Assembly (NCBI GenBank): GCA_043228905.1
Contig: JBHGNT010000012.1
Span: forward strand, 12,090,001-12,154,000
DNA: 64,000 nt
Origin: Azolla caroliniana
Lineage: Eukaryota; Plantae; Polypodiophyta
Direction: 5' to 3'
The notes below the pieces were generated by a model. That model was not told where the DNA came from. It worked only from the letters and a program-made list of their open reading frames with translations, and ran no database searches. The stretch's first letter is position 1. Every line of letters begins with the position of its first letter. This document shows positions 50,444-60,900 of this stretch, piece after piece. Made by a program: the position numbers and the translations under genes.

Positions 50444-51580
50444 AAATCAAGGCCTTGTTAGCAAAGCACTGCAAGCGGTTGGCCCAGATGATAGATGTGA
50501 CACTAACTCAGAGATGGCAAGAATGGTCGGCAAACACCACTGAATTTAAAATGTTTCGAGCAGACCATGAGAACCGCAAGGAGGAGGGCCGGGGGTTATA
50601 CAAAATGGATGAGAACAACATTGAACTGCAACGCGAAGACCTAACCGAGGAATTCTACTCCCTGGCCCAGACACACAGTGAGGAGGTCAAGAAATTACTC
50701 AAGGAATTCGAGGATGAACAGTTGCAACTTGCCCTCAACTTGGAGCGATACGAGCAGAAGCGAACCCAGGAGACTAACTTGGAAGACCAAGGACGAATGG
50801 AAGATGAACTCGGCGAAGACATCGTAGAGGTCCAAAATTGATTGGACGCAGAAATCAATGTTCATGAAGCTTAACAAAGGGAGGAGGCAGAACACGATGC
50901 ACAAGGGCAAGCCGACGCCGGTGACGACAGGGTTGAACTGACGGAGCAAAGGCTCCCACACAATGAAGAGCGGCCACAAGCCGAGAGCACACACGCGATG
51001 GAACCAAGGGCCACGATACAACAACCGAACGTTAAAGACCACCTAGTGGCAACAAGAGACAATCAATCAGTTGAGGAACAACCGACCCATCTCGAGCAGG
51101 CGGTCGAGTTCGACACCAAAGTAGATGACTCGCGATAGTCACCAAGCATCTTGCACATTTTTTATGAAGAGTAAAGAGCAACAATTTTGGCAAGGTTATA
51201 TATTTTTTGATTATTTTGTTTCTTGGGTTCAATGTCCAAGGCACTATGCCATGGGCGTGCTAGGTGTTAACTAACAGGACAAGTGTGACAAGGTGTGAAA
51301 GGAGTCAAATGGAGCCGAGCACTAACAGTCGAACAAAGGAAGCCAACTATTAAGGAGGAACAGTTGTAAAGCGCCGAGCATAGAGAATTGTATATATATA
51401 GCGAGTGTTTGAGAACGGAGAGGGGGACATATAGGGAAAGATATATATTAGGCCAGAAAAGAGAGAGAGTGAGTCTTGTGCTGATAGTGATCGGTACATG
51501 TATTTGTGTATGTTTGTACTCTAATCAATTATACTTTCTTGTGGGCAACTCGAGTGTTCTTCCTTTAAGTCTAGCATAGA
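50444..51580 (+). mobile_element. Family B-related copy B3: ORF3 C-terminus, 3' motif, 3' LTR from 51265 (end uncertain)
   Basis: RWQEW..FRADHENRKEEG..YKMDE..REDLTEEFYSLA matches B2 ORF3; CAAGGCACTATGCCATGGGCGTGCTA before TGTTAAC. Confidence 0.8.
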
Positions 51581-51819
51581 AGCACTATTTGTGTAAGAAT
51601 TGTGGTTCTGGGAACGGTTGTAGCCAATCATGTCTAAGGATATTTTTCTTGTCTGTTGATTGTAGCAAATCCGAGTGGGTAGACCGAAATAACAATTTGT
51701 ATGTGTCATGAGTGCTGTGAAGTCCATATACCACATATTGATTCGAATAACAGGTATGGCCGGGTGTTGTAAACCCAACTCCCCTTTGCACCACAATACC
51801 TTGATCCGATTGCTCAGGA

Positions 51820-52778
51820 AGGAGTAACAAATGTTATCTTCCAAATTTGGAGTTTGCTTATAACAACTCCAAGCATACATCGATGGTATATAGTCCTTTT
51901 ATGTTCATGTATGGTTTTTAGCCACGAGCCCCGATTGATGTTAAATATAAATCACGATGAGTTGAGAAGTGCATAAAAGTTTCCAAGGGATATGCAAGAT
52001 ATGTTACATATATTGCACAGATATTATAAAAACAGCTCAAGATAGAACGTGCTTTTATGCCGACCATAATAGGAAACCTCGTGTATTCAAACTTGGACCG
52101 AAGGTATTTCTACGTGTGCCTCAAGATTCTAAGAAATTGTCAATGGGCAAGTGCGCTAAGTTAGCCTCACGGTTTTGTGGACCTTTCACAGTCCTTAAAC
52201 GCATTGGAACGCATTGGTATCTCAATCTATCATCTTGCTCTTCTTGATGATGTCGGAAACCATCCAGTTTTCCATGTATGCCGTTTAAAAGAACTTCTTG
52301 GTTCCAACAATAATACAATTACAACTAAAACTTTGGTTACTTCTGAAGATTTATCTTCTAAACCACATGTACTAGAGAAAATTTTCGATATTAAAACAAA
52401 ACATTTGAGTTCTAAAACAATCGGAGGATTTAAAATTAAATAGATGGATAGGTCTATAAAAGATGCTACATGGGAATGAGAAAACACCATTCAAACGAAC
52501 TTCCCTAACTTTTCATTGCAAGAGATCAATGTTTAAAAGAGGGGGAATATGTTATAGGCATGAGCATAATTTATCCTCTGGTAGTTTATACCCTAGTGTT
52601 CTTCACACGAGGATAAAAATATGAGGGTTAATCGAGAGTGTAAAGAAGGTAGAATTACTTTTAATCTTAGGGATTGAGTCAACCCATAAGGGCCACCTAT
52701 GAAATTGCCTAGTGGCCTTAGCTTTGGCTATAAATACAAGGCCTAGCTATCCTTGTTACGGACATTATTCGACAATTT
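51820..52778 (+). mobile_element. Chromovirus 3' end: integrase C-terminus, GPF module, chromodomain, PPT, partial LTR from 52550
   Basis: LEFAYNNS, RFCGPFTVLKRIG, HPVFHV, FKIK*...DATWE, AAAAGAGGGGGAA then TGTTAT. Confidence 0.85.
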
Positions 52779-53466
52779 TGTTATGTAAGGTTGTCCCTCC
52801 TTGTGGGGGAGTCGGATGAAAAAAATCGGTCGAAAAGCTGAAATGAGTCGGTTGGCCGAAATCGGTCGAAAAGCCGAAACGAGAGTCGGCTGGCCGACAT
52901 CGGTAAGAAAGCAGAAATTGGGATTCGATCGAATGGGAGTCAGTCGAATAGAAGTTCAAACAAACATATACATGTATATGTATATGTATATGTATGAGAT
53001 AAGTTAGTATATGTAGTGAGAGTTGAACTAACTGCGTTTGTATGTGGGATAACTCACTAAGAGTAAAAACAATGAGTAAAACCGCGAAAGTGAACTTAAG
53101 TAAGTGAGCGCGTGAGGGTGTAGTGACTCGTGAGAACATGTTGCAAGAGAAGAGTGACACAGAGAACGACAGAGACCTAACACAGTAGTGGTTGTGTGAG
53201 TGCCATAGCTCAGAAGCTGAGCGTGAGTGGAAACAAAGGAAGAAGAGTGTAACAGAAAGAAAAGAAAAGACAAATCATGAAGTTGTGAAGGCTTCGAACG
53301 AGATAGATACCTACGAGTTAGGTTTTGGTGCACTCAGCTAAAATTGTGGTTTTAGAGTACAACCGTACCAAATCAGGTTCTATCATTCTGTGATTGTATT
53401 TTGTCTTATCTTATAGTGGAAATTTCTCGTACCGTGGTTTTTCCTTGAAATCAGGGTTTTCCACGT

Positions 53467-54115
53467 TGTCGTGACGATTTTCGGCTACGGTGTGAAACCG
53501 AGTGAGACGAATAAACCAAGGATGTGCAACATTGCACATACACTTAGCAAATAAGCCTCCTAAGGCCTAGTGGCACTTGAGTTCATACAGAGGGGTGCAA
53601 GCAAGGTTTGAACCTTGCACCTCTAAGATACAAGATAATTGCCTTACCACTAGGACAACTATCATATAGTGTAGATTTTATGTATTTACTTTTCATATAT
53701 GAATTATAGATGAAACAACCATTAGAAAACCATGTGCACAAAACCATGGTTCTAAACCCATGGTTTGTGCATGACATAAACAAAACCGTGTGCACAAAAC
53801 CATGGTTTTAGCCCATGCTTTTGTGCATGTCACAAGCATGGAAAGACCTATAAAAGCCTCGAGTTGGGCTTGTGTAAGGGGGGCTCAATATGTGATATCA
53901 CCAACACCATTATCATCAATATAATTATATTTGTCTTTATCTTCTTCATATTTTTCTACTTCTCAAGTGTACAATCTTTCTTCTTCTCAAAGTAAACCAA
54001 TTTCATCTAATCTTACATTGATCGTCATCTCTTCGATAATTCTGCAAACATCCTCCCCAGTCCAAGACCCCGGTGGTCGCTCGAGTAGCACACGCACGCG
54101 CGAATCTTCGCGACA
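53467..54115 (+). mobile_element. Family A solo LTR A6 nested in the Copia LTR
   Basis: TGTCGTG...CGCGACA with perfect ACGT/ACGT TSD; start matches A7 U3. Confidence 0.9.
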
Positions 54116-54222
54116 ACGTAAATCATGTGCTACTTGTTTTATTTTTGTTCGTGTCTAAGTTTATTTGTAACTTCCATTTGAGTGGAAATCATAACAAATT
54201 GGTATCAGAGCATAGGTTCTAG

Positions 54223-56868
54223 ATGGAAGGGAATGTGAGTGGCTTTCCGGGGATGATTGTCCTAAACTCACAAAACTACTCAGACTGGAAGATTAAAATG
54301 AAGGATCTTTTGATAGTCAAAGATCTATATGAGCCAATAGAAAAGGAAGACGTACCTAGAGGGGTAATAGAATCTGAGTGGAAAACTCTAAATAGAAAGA
54401 CAATTGCAACCATAAGACAATGTGTAGAGATTAGCATTCTACAACATGTAGCAAGTGACACAAATGCCTATGAGTTATGGCAAAAACACTCAGCTCTCTA
54501 CGAAAGCAAAAATGCCTTAAATAAAACTTCCCTGTTGAGAAAAATAGTGAGACTAAAGTACGTAGATGGGGAGAATATCGTAGAGCACATTAGTAACTTC
54601 ATGGGGTTGGTAAACCAGTTAGCATCATCGAAGTTCCCGTTAGATGATGCTATGCAGGACACAGTACTACTATATACTTTGGTTGACAGCTGGGAAAACC
54701 TAATAGTGACACTCAACACCTCATGTAAAGAAGTCAACCTATCTTTACAAGTAGTAAAAACAAGTATTCTAAGCGAAGAGACAAAAAGAAAGGATAAAAG
54801 TGCCTTGTCTCAATCGGAAGCTAATGTGCCCCACGAACTTAGCACAGGAGGAAGTCTTATGCAAGGTCAAAATCTAGAGGAAGACCTACATGCTTCTATT
54901 GTGGAAGCCTGGTCACTTCCAAAAGAATTGTTAACACTTTAGGAAGGACAGAGGCATGGTTGATGAGGTCGAACCTAGAAAAATTTCTGATGATAAAAAC
55001 ACCTCAGCCATTGCAACTAGTGAGGAAGAGATGTTGTTTATTTGTGAATAAGGTAGTGTGAACCTTGCAAATGTTGAGTGCTCATGGGTAGTCGATTCCG
55101 GTGCATCATTCCACTTGACTCCCAAAAGAGAATGCTTCTCATCTTACACAATCGGTGACAACGACTACGTAAGGATGGGAAATGGTGGTGAATGCAAGAT
55201 TGTGGGCATAGGAAACATGTGTTTGCTAACATCTACTGGCTGCATGTTGATGTTGAAGGATGTTCGCCATGTTCCGGATGTGAGATTGAATCTAATATCG
55301 GCTGGATGGCTAGATGACGAAGGCTACAGTGGTAGTTTTCGTAATGGTACATGGAAGTTCTGTAAAGGGAGCCTGATTGTGGCTCGAACTCAAAAACAGA
55401 ACACATTGTACGTAATGCATGCAAAATTGTGCCGAGATGAAGCAAATTCAGTTGGTGACGCAGATGGTGAGTTGTGGCATAAAAGGCTCGAGCACATGAG
55501 CGAAAGGGCTATGCATATCCTTGTTGAAAAGGATTTCCTACCAGAGGTGAAAGGGAGTAATGTTGATGGTTTTGTACCTTATAAACAAGTCTCCCTCAGT
55601 ACCTTTGAAGGGGGATGTCCCACATAAGGTGTGGACAGGAAGTAATGTGTCTTATCAGCATTTAAGAGTGTTTGGATGCTTGGCCTATGTACATGTTGCT
55701 AAAGATCAGAGGTCAAAGTTGGATAGCAAGCCCAAGCCTTGTATATTCTTGGGGTACTCGGAAGATAAGTTCATATATAGAATGTGGGATCTCCTTGATA
55801 AGAAAGTGATAAGAAGTCGAGATGTTATATTCATGGAATACAAGACAATTGAAGACTGGAAGCAACAAAGACCAGAGTCGTCTTCCCAATCAACTACTGT
55901 TATGGAGTCGACACTAGTCGATCCCACTCCCACACAAATAGTCGGCAAACAATAGCCGGCTGATGAAGCCAAATCTGAGTTAGCTGACACTCAACAACAA
56001 GCATATGCACATGAATCTAAGTCGGACGATGATTTGGTAGAAGAAACCGAATCTGAATCAGTTGTTGAAGGAAGAAGATATCCATGAAGACAAAGTAAGA
56101 CCTCTGCTCGGTATCCAGCCAGTCAATATATTCTCTTGACTAATGAAGGGGAACCAGAATGCGATGAAGAGGTCATGACTGATGTACATAAGGAGAAATG
56201 GTATAATGCCATGCAAGAGGAAATTGATTCCTTGCATGAGAACCACACCTATGAGCTAATGGAGCTGCCTGATGGAAAGAAGGCACTAAGAAACAAATGG
56301 GTCTACAAACTAAAGATTGGAGAAGACGTAAGTACACCTAGGTATAAGGCCCGTATTGTAGTGAAAGGTTTCCAACAGAAAAAGGGTGTTGATTTTGATG
56401 AGATTTTTGCTCCGGTAGTGAGAATGACCTCCATCCAAACTGTTTTGAGTATGGTTGCTAGTAGGAATTTGGAAATTGAACAGTTGGATGTTAAAACAAC
56501 ATTCTTGCACGGTGAGTTGGAAGACGAAATCTATATGCAGCAGCCGGAGGGCTTTGAGGTGAAAGGAAAATAAAATCTTGTATGTACGTTGACCAAGAGC
56601 TTGTATGGACTGAAACAAGCTCCTCGACAATGGTATAAGAAGTTTGAGTCCTTCATGTTGGAACATGGATTCCAAAAAACACACGATGATCATTGGGTAT
56701 TTGTGAAGAGGTATGATGAAGGTGATTTTCTGATTCTTTTGTTGTATGTGGATGATATGTTGGTTGTTGGACAGAATGCTAAAAAGATTGTAAGCTTGAA
56801 GAAAGCTTTGAGCAAATCTTTTGCCATGAAAGACTTAGGACTAGCAAAACAGATTCTGAGAATGCATA
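54223..56868 (+). pseudogene. gag-pol: Copia gag-pol remnants
   Basis: ORF pieces 54223-54942, 55058-55627, 55560-55955, 56136-56573 and 56589-56876. Confidence 0.88.
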
Positions 56869-57158
56869 TGTCATGATATGGCAAGACTTGAACCCATAAC
56901 CTTATGCTACATGGGTCGAGCTCTTGACCATTAGACTATACATTGTAATATATAGAATATATTTATATTTTATTATAGAAAATTGATGTATATTCCAGAT
57001 TTCTCTAGAACATTCTAGAAACTTCAAGAGTACTCCTGAGAACACTATAAAAGGAGGCACAAGGCATTATTTCGAACCAAATCGGTTCAACACCAGTCTT
57101 AACCCTCCTAGCTACTATTGTATACTCTCTTCACATAATATATATCTTTTATCATCAT

Positions 57159-57190
<32 letters not shown>

Positions 57191-57991
57191 CTTCTCTCGA
57201 GAGTTCTACACCTCTCTTAGTACTAATCCTCATCTTTTAGTACTAATTCCTTCTCTGTCTTAGTACTCATCCTTACAATTTGAACCGATTTTTCCGTCCT
57301 CCTTCCGTCTCCTCCTTTCCTCCTCTTCCTTTTATATTCTTACATATCCCCCTTTTCCGGTCTTCTTTTCAGTTTCCCACATACTCTTACCCCTTTCTTC
57401 CTTTCATACTAATCCTCTTATTCTCCCTAGTAAAATGGAAACTATTAGCGCTCAGGAATACCAATCTGTTTTCTCGGAGCTCCAGTGCTTAAAGGAGAAA
57501 TTTGTAGCACTAGAACAAGAAAATCACCATTTGTTGGGGGATCTTCAACAAATAGCGCTGGAAAAACAACAACCACACGGGGAGCTGATCTTATGTATGC
57601 AACAACTCGAAGCAACCATCGTATCGATGCAACAACAAGGACCCGGAACACAAGGGATTCATAAAGAACCCAAGATCGTCCTTCCCATGAAATTCGATGG
57701 AACGTGATCGCAGTTTAGAGGGTTCCTTAATCAAGTATGACTAGTTATTCAAATGCATCCTTCCCGATATCCCACCGATGCATCACGAGTGGGTTTAGTA
57801 GGCACGTTGTTAAGTGGCTCAGCGTTGGCATGGTTCGCTCCGTTGTTAGAAAAAGAATCTCCATTACTAAACAATTTTGAAGAATTTATAAGTGAGTTTA
57901 AAGCCTGTTTTGGAGATACTGACATCATAAGGACTGCAATTAACAAAATCTGGCGATTACGTCAAGGCGATCGTCCAGCCTCCGCATACGG
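56869..57991 (+). mobile_element. Family C copy C4 (LTR 56869-57277, gag 5' part), interrupted by A7
   Basis: TGTCATG start, self-priming PBS, METISAQEY...EPKIVLPMKFDG, LAWFAPLL. Confidence 0.9.
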
Positions 57992-60900
57992 TGTCGTGAA
58001 GATCCGTCACTACGCGCGGATCGTGAGGCGGAACCGCCGGGGTTCTGGACCAGAAGGATTTAGAGTCGATACAAGCTTTGGCGAGAAAGTACTTAAGATA
58101 GATTGGGAAAGAGAGAAGTTGAGATTACACGATTGATTTGATAACAAATTTCTTCCTCTTAATTTTCATAAAAAAAACCGTGTTTTTTCTCCTCCCCCTT
58201 CCCTCTTTTATAAATGCTCTCATGCATATGATGCATGTGAGGGTACAAGACATGCATAAATTGCATGTTTGCCATTTGGCGCTTAAGTATTACATGTGGT
58301 GCATGCTAACCATGTCACTCATTTTAGCACTCATGTATGAGAATTTACATGTAAAAGTACTATGATAGAAATATAATTTCAACTAAATAGCATGGCTTAA
58401 TGGTAAGCCAATTGACTCCTAACATGGAGGTGCAAGGTTCGAATCCATACTTGCCCTCCTTGTATATGTAACTATGTATATATATTTATATATTTATTTA
58501 TCTAGTCGCCGGATCCGGTGCCTCGTCGGTTACCGGTGCCGCCGCCGGATGCCGTTGGTTACCGGTGCCTCGCCGGATACCGGATGCTGCCGCCGGATAC
58601 CCTTTACGAGTAGCTAACCACCTCCACTCTTAGTTCAAGTTACCTTGAACTCTCTATGCTCCACACATAGACACAAAGATAATATCTTTTGCTCCACCTT
58701 ATATATGATGAGAGCCGTATTTGTCGTGCCTATGTGGGATATCTCACAATTTTCTCTTTTCTTTTCACAAACTTTATATCCTCATATCTTGACATTTAGT
58801 TGTCCATTTCTCGTGTAATAAAGTGCATTCGAAACCTCCATCATTTTGTACTTAGATATTAAATATGTTATCTTCACAATTATTGTATTACGTGATTCAT
58901 ACTCAATTTCGTACGTTTTATGGGATTTTCACACTATTGCCGAAAATCTTCACGACATCCACCCCCACCAAACCGCACGTCCTCCGGTACGTGCCAAGAA
59001 GAGAAGAAGTGAGATTTCGGCTACGATGATCAATTAGATTCCTCCATGTCTTCATTTTCATCCAGCCTATTATGTTCATCGTCGAGGTAATCGAGGTCAG
59101 GATTCTTGTCTTGTCTTTTCTTGAAAAGCTTTACTCTTTTTCCCGCAATGGGTACAACCAACCTTGATCCGTCTAGTTCCGCAAGGTGGTATGTGGCATT
59201 ATCGTTGGCACTTGTCACCACATACGGCCCGAACCATCTTCTTGCGAACTTCCTTGTTGTACTATGTTGATTGTCAAGGGTGTTGTCGTAAACCAAAACC
59301 CAATCCCCTTCTTCAATCTTCTTGGGACGAAGTCGATGCGTGTTGTCGAACCGAACTTTGTTCTTTACTCGGGCTGCCTTCATCATCTTTCACACTTTTT
59401 CTAAATTTTCAGGTCTTCTTTCAAGTTGCCTTATCCGCGCCGCTAATAACTCTTCTCGGCTCATCTCGTTCTCCCACGGTATCGCTACCCATGAGGCGAT
59501 CGTCCTTTCGATGGGCATAATCGTCTTTTGTCCATACATAAGCTCCGTCGGCATATACCCTGTCACCGAGCTATGTGTCGTTCTATCGGCCCACAAGGCA
59601 TAGGGTAATAGTCGTGGCCAATTCCCGACTCCACCGTTGCATGCCCGTACGATGGCTTTAACGATAGGTCCATGCCCTCGCTCGATCTTCCCATTTGCTT
59701 CCGGATTGTAGGCAGTCGTGAGGGAGAGCTTCACGCCTAGTCTTTCGAAGAGCTTCATCGCTTCGTGCGCGTCCAACTCCCCTCGGTCGGCCACTATCTT
59801 CCCTACACATCCATATCGGCAAACAACATCTTCAAGTAAAAATTTACAAACGGCTGAAGTCGTCTTATTTGTCAAGGCTCGTCCTTCCACTTGCGAGCGC
59901 TAAGTACTTCATTTGTCCCACTCCCATTGGCATCGAGACCAGATCCACCATCCATTTGAAGTGAATGGTGAGTGGGTATGTCGGCTTTAACTCATCACGA
60001 TGACGTATATTTGAATATATTTGGCAAGTTTCACATGTCGACACGAAATGGAGTACATCTTTGTACATGCTTGGCCACCAGTACTTCTCCTTCAATTTTT
60101 CGAACGTCGCCCATGTTCCTCTATGACCTGCCCAAGCACTCTCGTGGAATTCGGTCATCAGCGTCTCTTGCTCTTCTTTCTTTACCACCACTCGACGTGG
60201 TATTCCTGTCCTTCTTTTTGGGTGTCGCCAAAGGAATCCTCCCTTCAAGAAGTATCGATAAGCTTTCTTTCGGATTCGTAGGGCCTCCTCCTTTGTCAAC
60301 GAAGCATCTGTCGTCAATGTTCTTAGGAATCTACCGATGAGTAACCATTCTCCTTCGTACTCGTTCTCGTTGAAGGCGTGGAGGGTTTGCGAGTCCTAGT
60401 CTTCCGCCGACAATCGAGCCATCTTGAAGAAGTTGAGGGCGACATCTTCATCTTCCGAAACCATGTTACTTCCATTTGAAAATCTTGCCCTCGACAGCAT
60501 GTCAGCCATGGCGTTCTTCTTCCCTGCGATGTGACGGATCTCTGGGTTTAAAGACTTGATGTAGGCGATCCACCTTAGCATAGCAAGATCTGGGGTCGCA
60601 CATCCCGAGACCATTCCGAGAATTGGGAGACAATCTGTCTCTATTATCACTTATGACCCGATCAGGTAATCTTTGTCCGTCTTCACTGCCGACACAATAC
60701 CCCAAAGTTCCCGCTTGACTTGGGCATATCTTTGTTGTTGTTCGCTGAGAACCTTTGCTCCGAACCGGACGGCATATCGCGCATTATCTTCACCTTCTTG
60801 ATTGATGACCCACCCGATTCCGGTTGGGCTCATATCTACGGTCACGTAAATTGGTTTCCCTTCGGCATAGTCGGCCTTCCTTAGTGCCGGAGCTTCAAGA

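Larger units (their letters stand above)
52779..56868 (+). mobile_element. Copia element (Tnt1/Tork-like), degenerate, 3'-truncated; 5' LTR ~52779 (or 52802)-54196
   Basis: PBS TGGTATCAGAGC 54200-54211; gag LNSQNYSDWK; WVVDSGASFH; LWHKRL; KARIVVKGF; QLDVKTTFLHG; YVDDML; integrase core deleted near 55555. Confidence 0.92.

Noticed and set aside
53596-53662. tRNA-like module as part of the Copia LTR
   Set aside because: It lies inside a family A solo LTR bounded by an ACGT TSD, so it does not extend the finding to Copia
58505-58600. CRISPR-like or regular repeat array (also 24990-25225 and 49721-49805)
   Set aside because: Irregular short repeats or simple tandem duplications, mostly inside LTRs or a possible MITE; no constant repeat-spacer period and a eukaryotic context
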